A stretch of DNA of 64,000 nucleotides from the NCBI GenBank assembly GCA_051294375.1, contig CM119268.1:14808636-14872635 (forward strand). Reading direction: 5' to 3'. Every line of letters begins with the position of its first letter. Within the stretch, counting starts at the first letter, position 1. Source of the DNA: Paraspadella gotoi (lineage: Eukaryota; Animalia; Chaetognatha). Under the pieces are notes generated by a model that was not told the origin of the DNA, searched no databases, and saw only the letters and a list, made by a program, of their open reading frames with translations. Both the position numbers and the translations under genes were made by a program. Below are positions 22,231-35,683 of the stretch, in pieces.

Positions 22231-22436
22231 AATTCCCCTCTGCCGAAAACACATCACAAAATGTATGAAGGGAGAAAATGTGTTTTCTTTGTGATGTGGA
22301 GACTTTGGACGATGACCGCCAGTGTTTCTGGAGGAGAAAGGGATAGGAGCCGTGGAGAGGGGTGAAGTAGATATAGGCTGAAAAGAGCGAGAGTGAGACA
22401 TGAGAAGAGGAGGGTAAGGAATCGACACTCGGTTAG

Positions 22437-22529
<93 letters not shown>

Positions 22530-22999
22530 AGAGAGACAGAGTCACTAGAACCGGAGAGAAACGAAGAGACGGAGAAACGAAAGTATTCTTCACGGGTAGG
22601 AAATTGAATGACACGCGAAGTGAAGGGGCCTGGAAACAACAGATTAGCCGAAAGGACACGTACGACCTAGAGAGACGTCGGCGGGTGGTGGAAAACTATG
22701 GGTGGTCTTCTCTCAGCAAATGAATGGCACGCTGACAAACTATCAGGTCTAAGTCGGATTTTCTCTTTTTAAAACGTGACGTCTCATCTTAATGAAAACC
22801 TTCTCGGACATTTTCTCGTGGTCTCTGGTTTACCTGTCGCCTTATAACTTATAACTTATAACATTAGTTAATTAGTTTAATGTTCAGTTTTTTGCATTTC
22901 ACTTGACAATAAACCTTAACGTTTGAGCTTCGAAGAAACGACGACACCGGATTGCACGTCGACACACGAATCGTGAACACCATTCCGTCCGTTCACAAC

Positions 23000-24627
23000 C
23001 CTCACCCACCGAGTCGTGATTCCGAGGCTTTTCCCTTCATTTTTATAGGACGCCGTTACTAAACATTATTTTTCGTTTTTATCTTTCCGCGTTGCCGCGT
23101 TCCGGCCTAACTCTCCTTTCCAATTCCACAGCTGCACCCGGAAGAAAAAATTCCCTTTATTTTTTTATTTTTTGCATGTTTTATTGCAAGCTCTTTAACG
23201 TCTGTTATTACTCCGCGAGCAGCTTTACGAGGCGAATTAAGTTTTACGACTCTACGTTGTTCCTAAACATCGCACCTGTTTATATTCTCTTCCCCCCCCC
23301 TTCATGACTAATAACGATTTCTTACTGCAATGACCAAATCCTTTTCTTCACTGACTTAATTGGCTCAATTCAGCCTGCTCGTCCAAACTTACCACCTCCC
23401 TGCACCGCCAACTTCACACGCCTCCCCTTTGTCCCTCTCACCCCCCCCCCGCAACTGCCGACGTCTCATCGATCCTTGGCAGAAGNNNNNNNNNNNNNNN
23501 NNNNNNNNNNTCACCCACTTCTCATCAGCGTTGATTTTCCTGCGTCGAGGGACCGTCTCAATCAAGAGCCTCTTCATGCTCGTTCTTCGCGGCTTTCTCG
23601 ACCGTTCGCCTTTCGCCTTTCCCATTTCGCCTTTCCTCTTTCAGAATTCGCCTTTGCCTTCGTCGTCGCCTTTTCTTCTCGTCTCGGCTTTCGTCGTTGC
23701 CTCCCTCTATTCCGCTGCTCGAATCTTTTATTCCGTTTTCTTCGATATTTTTTTTTTTTTATCTTCACTTCCTCTCTTCCTCTTTTTTTTTCTTCATATT
23801 CCCTCCTGTCCTATTTTCTCACTGCTTTTTTTTCTTTCATACCTCTTACTTATTATTTTCATAAAAACAAATATTTATCTCCACCTTCTCCTTTTATCTT
23901 CTTTAGTGTTTCTAATTTCCTCCCTTATCCTCTTTTCCTTCTATTTTCTTCTTTTGTTCTTTTTTTCTCTCCATTCTCGTTTCTCTCTTCCTCTCTTCTC
24001 CCATTATCTTCTCTTCTATTTTCCTCTCATCATTTCTCCCTCTTTCTTCCTCCTATTTCTCCTTTCGTTAATTCTCTCTCCCCCCCCCCCTCGTTCCCTT
24101 TCCCTTAATCCCTTCTTCTCTGGGGACAAAGACTTTTTCCTTTCTGTCGTCATCACTTTCGTGAGGTTGGACGAATTCCGCACAATGTTTTTTTTTTCTG
24201 TGATGGCCCGTAAGAATTGCAGCTGCCGCTTCTGTCTTACTCAAAGCGTTCAGCCGTAATATGTTTCGCTGCTCAAAGATATTAACGTTAGTTGACTCTT
24301 TTGGGCGTCAAACGAATGATAGAAAATGTTTTAAAATTTTGAAAAAAAAAATAGGTAAATAAATAAAAACTTCAAAGCACTAGTAGGACACCAAGAATAC
24401 TGAATAGGACAATCGAATTCTAAGCATAATGAGAGTAGAATGGTTAAAAAAAATTATCTTATCCTTTCTTTATTAACTTTCTTCCCTTTTTTCTCTTCAT
24501 TCATCTCGATCTATTAAGACTCAAGTTTTAATTTGTTTCAAATCGAAATCCATGTCTGATTGGCTGCGATTTCTTTCGGATGTGAGGTGATAAATTCTTT
24601 CAAAATCCGGAATTGAACAGAGAAAGA

Positions 24628-24674
<47 letters not shown>

Positions 24675-24689
24675 AGAAGAGAGAGAGAG

Positions 24690-24762
<73 letters not shown>

Positions 24763-27062
24763 GAGGAGAGAGAGAGAGAGAAAGAGAGAGAGAGAAAGAG
24801 AGAGACGAGACGAAGAGAAAGAGAGAGACAGAGAGCCGCTGATGAGAGAGAGAGAGAGAGAGAGAGGAATCTGTTTGCAAAAAGATAACCCCAGTTAAAT
24901 GAGGTCTCCCAAAAAAACGAAGACCAAAAAATCTCTCTGTTAATACAGAGACAAAATTCCAAAGTAAACTTAACGCACCAACCTCCACTCCAACCCCCCG
25001 CCGGGTTATTTTCTCCTCCCGACCCTTCCTCCTCCCGCCCGCTCCTCTTCTTCCTCCCCTGCTCTTCTTCCTCCCCCTGCTCCTCCGACTCCTCCCTCGC
25101 CGCCACAATCAGACGTTGAATGACACAATTTCCCAGTTTTAAACGAGTTGGTGCTCTCAAAATTGGCTTCGTGGAATTAGCATGAAATTGTGAAAGAATC
25201 AGACGCTGTTTTCTTTTCTTTTCTTTTTTTCGTTTTTAAAATGCGGATACGCATCTCGCGAACGGGAATTTGTTACAATGTTGGTAGTTTTATTAATTTC
25301 CATACGTATATATCTTGTCTTCCGAGTTAAAAAAATAATAATTTGAATAAGATTTTTTTTTCTAACCGAATGTTGAATGTAAGATTGTGTTAATTACGCC
25401 TCCTTCGTCTCATTGGCGGTTTCTCTTTTTCATTCAAACAGAGTGAAAAACGTTTCAGTCATTTGCCAAAATGGGCGGCTCAAATGTTTTTCTAAGTTCA
25501 ATTTTAAAACGTCTTGAAAGACATTGAGCCAACACAACACGATCTCACAAAACAAAGTAAAAAAGTCTTCTTTTCGGTTTTTCACGGCCAAAACTCGCTT
25601 TGGATTTTGAGAGAGTCGACTGAGCTAAAGTTTACTTTGCGTTGTCAGAATATATTCGATTTTTTATTTAATACAAGAATATTGTTTTATCAACCATTTT
25701 TTTCTAAAACCTATATTCTTCACCTACTCTTTGTTAAGCGCTTCAAATATCACTCGATAGAATCGAGAAGCCGAGACTCTCATCAGGAGAACAATTTAGG
25801 TCAAGTGGGAGGCAACAAATATCAAACATTAGGACTCGATGGGTTACAATTCGTGTCCTAATGAGTCGATAAAACTCGATATAAGCAAAAAAGGCGAAAC
25901 TGTTCCCGCTTAGTTTTTCATTTGTTAAAAATGATATTTACCTCGTCATTATTTATCATCGTTTATTAGCTAAAGGCAACGTCTACAACGACTTCTCTAA
26001 AGTCAACTACAATCAATCGTCTCTTATTGCAAGCAAATTCCTTATATCCATATATATCTTCGTTATTCGATGTAGAAAAAAGTAAGATATTATAACTTTT
26101 TTTCTTCGTTCTTATGTAACCGATAATAAATAGTGATTGATGAGGTTTTCTTTCCTTAAAAAATGCAAGAGAGATTACGTTCTTCAGCGTCCAGGGATTT
26201 TTGCCGATCGGTGGCGCGAAAAAGCGCGACGACGCCGACGCCCATAGCGGAAAAAAAAACCATAAGCTTGATATATTTATATTGCTTGTACCCGTTTCAC
26301 AGAAATAAAGCAAAGAAAAATAAAAAGGAAAAAAAATAGATCGGAAAGAGAGCATCGAACTGTTCGAATGAAGAATATGAATCTAAAAAAAAAATATTAA
26401 AAAACAGTCTGTTCGAGCGAAATTAAATTGGTCAATAAAAAAAAAAAGTAATGCAATATTTCTGGTTTTAAGTGTTGAAAGCAAAAATCTCCACCGGTTA
26501 TATTACTTATAACCGGCAGGAAGATCCGCGCTCGGTTCGTCCTTCAAACTCTGTCGTCAAAATGAGGTTTTATCGGAAGACCGTTCCGCCCCCCTTCCCT
26601 TCTTCTTTCCCCCCCCCCTTTTTCCTTCCCTCACATTTTCCGATAAAAGTGAAAAGTCTGGTTTTTATCTCGCCCCTTAATAATTTAAGCGTTAAGATTA
26701 CTCCCGACGTGGGAAAAATAAAAAGAAGTAGAATGACGAGATATATATATATATATATATTGTCTAATCGGTTTTCGATTTACCATCTTAAATAAAATAA
26801 AAAGATTTCTGTTCTCCGCTCCGTTCGAGCGTAAAACGTCTTTTCTCTCACGACATCGTTGTTCTTTTCGCTTTCAAAATGTTTTTTTTTTTTCTTTTTC
26901 TTTTTTAAACGATCAATTAAAGGAGTTTTTTTTCTTTTTTCTTTTTTTTCTATTAATTATTAAATTTTCTGTTTGTTTTTTTTTTTATCCTTATGCTTTT
27001 AACCTTTTATTCTTTAATTAAATCGCGGGACGTTCGCCTCTCTTTTTAAATGCTCTCTCTCT

Positions 27063-27129
<67 letters not shown>

Positions 27130-27350
27130 TCCTCTCTCTCTCTCTCTCTCTCTCCCCCTCCCCCCCTCTTTCTCTCTTTTTTTTTTCTCGCCGTAGGACC
27201 CATGAACGTCAAGTCTCGATTCTTCGTCGGACCTCAACACGTTTTCTGGTTTTTCAGTTTTGACTTCATTTTTTAATGACTTCGTTAATGAAGGAGTTTT
27301 TCGTCCCTCTTTGCGCTTTTATGACTCCAGGTTTAAAAACGAATCCGAAA
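23000..27350 (-). CDS. Candidate multi-exon gene D, unknown product with Lys/Glu/Arg-rich C-terminal part
   Basis: Minus-strand exon-like frames with splice sites: 25398-25624 (LSRLSQNPKRVLAVKNRKEDFFTLFCEIVLCWLNVFQDVLKLNLEKHLSRPFWQMTETFFTLFE), 25724-25899 (FAFFAYIEFYRLIRTRIVTHRVLMFDICCLPLDLNCSPDESLGFSIL), ~27210-27350 (FGFVFKPGVIKAQ...EKPENVLRSDEESRLD), ~24110-24272 (CTAAC branch point upstream), and a K-rich segment at ~23110-23360. Boundaries are uncertain. Confidence 0.45.
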
Positions 27351-27841
27351 CTGAGGGTTGACGTTCATTTCGGAAAAGCGAAGAAAAAAATGTGTAGAAA
27401 TAAAAGGGCGAAGTAACTAAATCGTCGTCATTGGGGGTCAACGTTAACATCCAATTTTTTTCTTTTAATCATTTTACCAATGCACTGAGGTTTAATCAAA
27501 CTTTTTTAATATAAATTTGACTTTGAATATTAGAGACAATTTGAGTTTAATTTTGACAACGATTTTATTTTTAAAAATTAAACTCAAACTGTCTCTAATC
27601 GTCCCAAACAACGAAAAGAAAGAATTTATATCACAATGACTTTGAATATGAATATTCGACGTTAAGCGCTTGGAAGCCTACCTACTCAACCCTCGAGACA
27701 TCGTTCGCTTCAATTGAACTGCAGATCGAAAGCGGGAAATAATATTTGGGTTCGATCCGTGTGTCCCTCGGTTTATAAGCAAACTGGATTAGTTTTCCTC
27801 ATTCCAATGTTTTTCTCTGCGTCTTGTTGATATTCTCTCTC

Positions 27842-27876
<35 letters not shown>

Positions 27877-27959
27877 AGGTTCGTCCCCTCCCGCAACCAA
27901 TCAACTCTTTGTTTCTCAATGCCATAATTCCAAAGGCAATCGTCACACGAAGACTATCA

Positions 27960-28300
27960 TCTTTTGTCATCTCATCTCATGTCATCTCATCTCGAACCAT
28001 CTCGTCATCTAATAATTTTTTTCATCTACTTTCTTTTCATCTCATCTTCTGGCATTTTCTTCAGTTCCTCTCATCTCATCTTCCGACATTTTTCTTCATG
28101 TCATCTCACTTCATATTCTGACATATTTTTCATTTCATCTCATCTCATCTTCAGACACTTTTTTATATTTAATCTCATCTCATCTTTTAACATTGATTTT
28201 TCATCTCATCTCATCTTTTAACATTTTTTTTCATCTCATCTCATCTTCTGACATTGTTTCCATCTCCTCTTCACTTCCGCCTCAATCGTCACCTTCTCAT
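27960..28300 (+). repeat. Degenerate (TCATC)n-based minisatellite, ~25-35 bp higher-order unit
   Basis: Recurrent TCATCTCATCT(C/T)TT(T/C)(A/G)ACATTTTTT units. Confidence 0.85.
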
Positions 28301-28372
28301 CTTCCATCTTTAATCTCGACTCAACTTTACCTCCTTCATCTGTTTGATCTCTATCTCGTCCTTGTCAATCAA

Positions 28373-28435
<63 letters not shown>

Positions 28436-28678
28436 CGCAACAGTCGCTACATTTCCCATTTTCAATCATCTTCCTCTCCCAACTCCTGACCTCTTCCTCC
28501 TCACTTCCTCTCTTCTCTCCTCTCTCTCCCTCTGACCTCTCTTCTTTCTTCTCTCCTCTCTCTTTCTCCGACCTCTCTTCTCTCCCTCTCTCTTTCTCTG
28601 TCCTCTCTTCTCTCCCTCTCTTTCCTCCCCCCGCTAAAAATATCCAGACTCCAGAAGGAATTTTCAAATCCTGAGGAA

Positions 28679-28711
<33 letters not shown>

Positions 28712-28875
28712 AGAAATGAAAGTGGATAATGAATTGAAATCTAAATCATTGAATTAACTGATTAGAACATTAGTACATTTATGTATTGAAAATTTGTACA
28801 TACAACCAGACAACTAAATAATAAAACTATTAGTTGGGACAATTCAAGACAATACAATACAAAATTCGATGATAG

Positions 28876-29156
28876 CGTTCATTCTCTATGTGTTCATTTG
28901 TTTTTTTTTTGGTTTTTTGTTTTTTTGTGAGGTTAATAGATTAACTTTTACAGTTTGTTTCGTGCAGCGAAAAACTTGACACTGACGACGACGACGACGA
29001 CGACGACGACGTGGACCTCAGCTCGAAAGATAAGAACCATCTTGTCGATAACAGTTGCAAGAACGAAAAAGACATTGCGGGGACAACCGCATATTAAAGA
29101 TCTCAAGACGACGAAGACGACGACGAGGAGGAAGAGATTGTTGTTGTTGTTATTAT

Positions 29157-29221
<65 letters not shown>

Positions 29222-30975
29222 AGCTTTAGGAAAAGAAAGAGTAAAAGGAGGAGTAAGAGGAGGAAGAGCGATAGGTGGAATTGAAAGAGGAGGGAAAGAA
29301 ATCGAGTCCAACCTTGAGAAGCAGAGATTGGGTGAGATCGAATCTGCAAAATTAATTTCAACGATGACGATTAACGACAACAAAGTCGATGTCAACTCTA
29401 CCGAGAAAACCACGTTTCTATTTTTTATACGTAACATAAAAAAGGGAAAAAAATCATTTTTTTCATAATCGTAGAAACAAACAATCTCCTGTTTTTTTGT
29501 TGTTTTTTTTTGTTTTTTGTTTTGCTGAATCGAAAAAAAAAAACAATAAAACCCAAAAAAAGTCCTAATCGAGCGAATTTGTGTTTAATTTTTGTTTTTA
29601 TTGTTTTTTCGTCATTTGGTGGTTGTTGTCTTTTTTTCTCGTATTTTTTTTCGAAGCGAAAGTCATCCCTTACCTTCTCTCCCAAAACTCATCTTCGCGC
29701 TTTNNNNNNNNNNNNNNNNNNNNNNNNNNNNNNNNNNNNNNNNNNNNNNNNNNNNNNNNNNNNNNNNNNNNNNNNNNNNNNNNNNNNNNNNNNNNNNNNN
29801 NNNNNNNNNNNNNNNNNNNNNNNNNNNNNNNNNNNNNNNNNNNNNNNNNNNNNNNNNNNNNNNNNNNNNNNNNNNNNNNNNNNNNNNNNNNNNNNNNNNN
29901 NNNNNNNNNNNNNNNNNNNNNNNNNNNNNNCAACAACAACAACAACAACTTAAAAAAAAGGCGACTCGGCCGAGAAGGGCGTCACACTCCTTTTTCCTCT
30001 TTTCGCTTTTCTGTTTTCCTTTTTCCTTTTTTTCCTTTTTTCATCTTTCCGTCTGGATTTTCCCGCGTCGTTCAAAATTCCCTTTTTTTCGTTCATTCTC
30101 TATTGTTCATTTGTTTTTTTTTTGGTGTTTTTTGTTTTTGTGAGTGTTAATAGATAACTTTTACATTGTTTCGATGCCAGCGAAAAACTTGAACACTGAC
30201 GACGACGAACGACGGACCGACGACGACGTGGACCTCAGTCGAAGATAAGAACCTCTTGTCGATAACAGTTGCAAGAAGAAAACGAAAAAATCAATTGCGG
30301 GAAACCGCATATTAAGATCTCAAGACGACGAACGACGACGAGGAGGAGAGATTGTTGTTTGTGTTTATTATTGTGATGATGATGATGATGATTGATGTGA
30401 TGATATGTGATTTGAATGATGATGATATGATCTGATGATGTGATGATTGAATGGATGGATGATGATGCTTAGGAAAAAGAAGAAGTTAAAAGGAGGAAGT
30501 AATGAGCAGGATAAGAGAGACAAAAGGAGCGATAGGTGGAATTTGAAAGAGGAGGTAAGAAATCGAGTCCAACCTTTGAGAGCAGAGATGGTTGAGATCG
30601 AATCTGCAAAGATGAATTTCAACGGATGAGATTAACGACAACAAAGTCGATGTCAGAACTCTACCCGAGGAAAACCACAGTTTCTATTTTTTTATGTACT
30701 AACATTAAAAAAGGGAAAAAAATCATTTTTTTTCATAATCGTAGAAACAAACAATCTCCTGTTTCTTGTTGTTTTTTTTTTTGTTTTGTTTTGCTGAATC
30801 GAAAAAAAAAAAACATAAAACCCCGAAAAAAGTCGCTAACGAGCCATTTGTGGTTACATTTTTGTTTTTATTGTTTTTCGTCATTTGGTGGTTGTTGTCT
30901 TTTTTTCTCGTATTTTTTCGAGCCCGGATAAAGTCATCCCTTACCTTCTTCCCCACAAAAATCATCTTTTTCGCG

Positions 30976-31016
<41 letters not shown>

Positions 31017-31295
31017 CTTTTTTTTTTTTGCGTGAATTTTCTTTTCATTTCGTTTATTCCTTTTTTTTAAGCGAGACAGTTCGGAGAAGAAGACCTAAAA
31101 TTCGAACATCGACTTCATGAACAACGACAACAACAACAACAACAAACAACTTAAAAAAAAAGGCGACTCAAGCGCCCCCGAGAAGGCGTTCCACTCCTTT
31201 TCCTTTTCGCTTTTGCTTTCCTTTTTGCCTTTTTTTCCTTTTTTCATCTTTCCGTCTGGCATTTTTCCCGCGTCTTTCAAAAATCCCTTTTGTTT
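28876..31295 (+). repeat. ~1.2 kb direct duplication around an N gap (28876-30089 vs 30090-31295), containing (GAC)n, (GTT)n and (GAT)n tracts
   Basis: 28876-29703 recurs with many indels at 30090-30980, and 29931-30089 recurs at ~31125-31295. Confidence 0.9.
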
Positions 31296-31439
31296 TTCTT
31301 TCTCCGTTTTTTTTTTTTTTAATCTTCTCCCTCCTTTATCTCTCCCCCGTCTCTACAAACAGTCGAATGTTATTCCGGTTTTGTTGACTTTTTTTTTTTT
31401 CCCTTCTTCCTCCTTCCTCCCAATATTTTGTATTCCCTA

Positions 31440-31810
31440 TCGTTCCGTCCCGCGCCGTTCGCCCCCTCTCCTCTCCATCCTCTCTCCCCTCCCTATCCTC
31501 TGCTCGCCCCCCTCCCCTCCCTCTTCTGCCCTCCGCCCATCCCCCCCCCCCACCCTCTCTCCCCTCCCATCTCCGCCCCCTCCTCTCCCCCTCTCTCCCC
31601 CCCCTCTCCCTCCCTCCCTCTCTCCCTCCCCCCCCTCTTCCCTCCCTCTCCCTCTCCTCCCTCCCTCTCTTCCCTCCCTCTCTTTCCCCTCCCTCTCTCC
31701 CTCCCCCTCTCCCCCCTCCCCTCTCTCTCCTCCCCTCCTCCCCCCCTCTCTCCCTCCCATCCTCTCTCCCCCTCCCCCACCCTCTCTCCCCCACCCTTTC
31801 CCGTTCCCCG
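31440..31810 (+). repeat. C-rich polypyrimidine low-complexity tract
   Basis: Almost purely C/T with many C-runs, next to a 25-N gap. It generates the spurious Pro-rich and Gly-rich ORFs. Confidence 0.85.
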
Positions 31811-32199
31811 CGTCATCACATCGCCTCCAGAGGTCAAAAGGCAATGATTTCGCGCAGCTTTTTCTACGATACGTTTTTTTTTCTTCTCTCTCTCTCTCAT
31901 ACGGCCCCGCCCATTATTAGTCTNNNNNNNNNNNNNNNNNNNNNNNNNTTTTTTTTTCATTTCTCCAGCCTCCGCCCCTCATTCGCCTTCAAACCCGTCA
32001 CACGTTCTTATCTCGTAAAACGTCATGAAATTCACCCTATCATCCACGCTATCGTCTCGATGCAATTTTTAAATTTTTTTTCTTCACTTAATTCCTTCCC
32101 CACGTTTGTAAATCTCATTCATTACCCCTTTTATTTTGGCCTCATCCATTTAACTAATCTACCATCTTAATTAGCCCCCCCAACTTGATAACTTTCCCT

Positions 32200-33921
32200 C
32201 TCCCCCTTTTTGGCCTCTTTGTCGTCAATTCCGTTCGCTCACGGAAACACCCTTACTTAACCCTGACCCGCCGAGGTCCACCCTAATATTCCTCGGCGCC
32301 GGAAAAAAATATCCTTCCGGCTTAACCGTCTCTGGATTCATAAGACTGTCGAAAATAGACACGTAGATATTTTTACTTTAGTTGAATGTATTAGTATTAT
32401 TGACATAACAAATACAATATCACGAAGCTGATAATAACCTCCTTTCCTTAATACTGCAAAATGCAAATGATATTGAAGTTTAAACGCTAAAGTCTACTCT
32501 CAACGAAAATTCTATTCTGTTTTCCCCTTCTTTCTCAAATGTCTCCTCTTTTATTTCCTTCTTAGATTTTCCTTCGTCCGGTCTTTAAAAAAAAAGTACT
32601 TTTAGTAACACAATCGGGTTTCTTAAAATTATTCTTACAAAGCCGAAGGGCAGCGAGTCATTTAAAGGAAAGCTGAAAGGACCTACGGAGTTCATGAGAC
32701 GTAAAATCAATCTCAGTCTTTAGTCTCTCTCCCTTTTTTTTCTCTCTCTTTTTCCATCAACGGACAAATGATTCCATTATCTCCACCGAGGCCGTTTGCT
32801 TTACCCTGACCTTCCTTTTTTTTTCCTCTCCATTTTTTCTTGGCGACATCATTTCTTTCCTTTTTTTTAGACATTCTTCGTGTCCTTCATTACTCCCCTT
32901 TTTTAACCCGTTTTTCCTTTTCCTTCTCGTTTCCCTTTCCTTTTTTTTAGGATTTAACTTTTTTTTCGCAACATACTTTAATATTTTCCTTTCCCTTTTT
33001 CTCTGCAACATCCTTTCCTTTGCCTTTCTCTATTGACAGTTACAGTTTTAATTCTTGTCTCTTACATTTCAATCTTCCCTTCACATTTATTTTATTCCTT
33101 TCTCTCTCTACCTCACCCTTTCCTTTCTCTTCCTCCACCTTCGCCTCACCTTCGCCTTCACCTTTTCCTCCGACCTCACCCAACGCGACTCCCGCGCGTC
33201 GTTGCAATAACACCAACCCTGACCTCGCCCGACCGCCATCGAGTCGCTGTTTTTCCGTCTCATCGGAGGTTTTCTCTCTCGTGACCCGACGTCCTCCGGG
33301 TCCACCGATGTCAAAGCGTGACAAGCGTGACGTTAAATGTGACCGGGCTTTCCTCTTTACTTTAATTCTCACTCTCGTCGCAACATCGGGCAAACACCCT
33401 AACTACAAAGACGCGCTCGTTCATCTCCAGCAGACTCCTCAACATCCCTAACGCCCCCAACATTCCCGTCGTCGTTCCACAACGTCGCTCGGTTCCCCCC
33501 CCCCAAACTCTTTCGAACGCCTTCAGCGTGGCGACTCTTCGACCCCTGGGGGTCTTTACTTCAATCATTTCTCCGATTTTTTTATGAGTTTTTTCCTCGG
33601 GAATTCCGAAGATTCTGAGGCTACATTCGCTTTGCTTTCCTCTTTCTTCTGCCGTTTGCTCTGCTTCTATCTTAATTTATGCTCTTCTCTGCTTTAAAAG
33701 ACTTCGCCAAGTTTTCCAAACAGAAAAGAGCTGAAATTCAGATCATCCTTCTTTCACTCTCCTTCTTTCACTCTCGCACCCCTCGACTTAAAAGAAAGAA
33801 AAACAAAAATAATTTTCTTTAACTCAGTTTTTTTTTGGGGAGAGACATATATGTACGACTCGCTGACCTTTCCTCCTTTTTCTTGAGAGATGGAAATGGT
33901 AATCATAGTCCTGTTGGGGCG

Positions 33922-33956
<35 letters not shown>

Positions 33957-34218
33957 CGAGTATTTAGATATCTTGAAATCTCTCCTCCTTTCTCTCACTC
34001 AGTCTCTGTCTTCTAAGCTCTCTCTCTGTCTCTCTCTCTCTCTGCACTGGCTCTCTCTCTCTCTCGCTCCTCTTTTTTTCCTCTAGTGATATAAAGTTTC
34101 AGCCCCGCAGAAATCCTATTTTGAAAATTATGCTCATTGCCTTTCATACGACGCTTCATCAAATTGATAATGATAATCACGGCACCAAGTGTGCGCGCAG
34201 AGTGGCAGAGAGAAAGAG

Positions 34219-34250
<32 letters not shown>

Positions 34251-34264
34251 CGGACGATGAGAGA

Positions 34265-34300
<36 letters not shown>

Positions 34301-35045
34301 ATAAAGAGTGTTCCATCCTCTTTCTCGGTTCACCTGTTTCGGTTCTGTTCGGGTGAAAAACCTTCTTGACTTCGTGAGTCATAAATAGTCTTCCAGCCTC
34401 CGGGGCTCGAGCCGTCCTCGGGCGGTCTCACTCTCGTCCCTACCTTTCTCTTACCAATCTTTCTTCTTTTCTTGGCTTCTTTATTCCTATTTCCTTGCGT
34501 TTCTTTCTTTTTTCTTTATTACCTCATCCCTCTCCTTCTTTCTTTCCTATTACCCTAAATCCCTTTTCTACCCTCTCCTCCTTTTCTTTCCTCTTTCCTC
34601 TAAACCCTTTTCTTCCTCCCCCCCCCACCCTCCCCTCACTCTCTTTCCCATCTGTTATTTCACAGATTTAGGCGCAACAGTTTCCAAGGTGATTTTTTTT
34701 TCTTTTTTAAAGGCGATTTTAGTCAGCACCACGCGGCACAGGGTTCTTTTGTTAACACTTCGGGAGTTTCTGTATTTTATTGTGTATTTATATAATTCTG
34801 CGCATTTTTTCATATTTTCTTGTAGCTATATATTCCCAATTTTAAAATATTTAACTAACAAATACTATCTTTTTTCAGACCAATAGTTCATGAAGTAGAC
34901 TTTTGTGTTCGATCAAAACATGAATTCAATTTGTTAAGAGTTGAAAAGTTGTCCAACTCCAGTTCTCGTCTCGTCAATTTGATTCGAAAGCGGCGCGGTT
35001 TTCCTTTCCTTCTCCTTCAAACGTTCCATAATCACACCTCAGGTG
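32200..35045 (+). CDS. Possible plus-strand exons of an unidentified gene
   Basis: Splice-bounded pieces: ~32565-32700 (NTIGFLKIILTKPKGSESFKGKLKGPTEFMR), micro-exon ttcacag|ATTTAGGCGCAACAGTTTCCAAG|gtgatt (~34666-34688), and ~34939-35042 (VEKLSNSSSRLVNLIRKRRGFPFLLLQTFHNHTS|gtgaat). I could not link them into a coherent model. Confidence 0.25.
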
Positions 35046-35052
35046 AATTTGG

Positions 35053-35090
<38 letters not shown>

Positions 35091-35632
35091 CTCTCTCTCT
35101 TCGTCTCTCTCTCTCCGTATCCCCATTAGGGCGGATCCTCATTCCACACTTTTTCCTTCGCCCTTTTTCCTCACACAAAAACTCCGACGAAAAAGTCTCT
35201 CTCACCGTCGCAGTTGGAGTTAACGGACTAGTTTGTTGCCGATTCTAATTTTGTGTTAAGGGTTTGTCAAAAGTACTAATACTTTTCAGGCCATCCTTAC
35301 AATGTTTTTCAATATTTTTACAAGTTCATTCTTATCTCGTGGGTCTTTTCTTCAATGCAACGCGCTTCAGTTATACGTACGGGATTTCCACAGTACAATC
35401 AATATATATTACATAGACTTGATTTATCACATTAATTCCCGCTCTCTACTTCTCCTTGGAATCCTTGATTCCATTAAGATCTTCCCTCTTCCCCTTTTCT
35501 CCCCGGCCTCATTCCGAAGCCCATCCCTCCGTCTAGAAATGATTTTTAGTCTTCAGTCAAAAAGAAGAGAAAAAAAAGTCGAAATCAAAAAAGAAATGAA
35601 GCGAAAACGAGGAAAATGTTTTTTGTCTCTCT

Positions 35633-35683
<51 letters not shown>

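Noticed and set aside
23360-24259. 299-aa plus-strand ORF and other long S/L/F- or E/R-rich ORFs
   Set aside because: These are products of pyrimidine-rich or (AG)n low complexity, and this one spans an N gap.
27745-27785. B-box-like GGTTCGATCC (similar motif at ~36348)
   Set aside because: No cloverleaf or A box could be built; at most these are decayed SINE remnants.
32590-32670. BRO-N-like VTQSGFLKLFLQSRR
   Set aside because: The match is short, a stop follows, and another frame is fully open to a splice donor.
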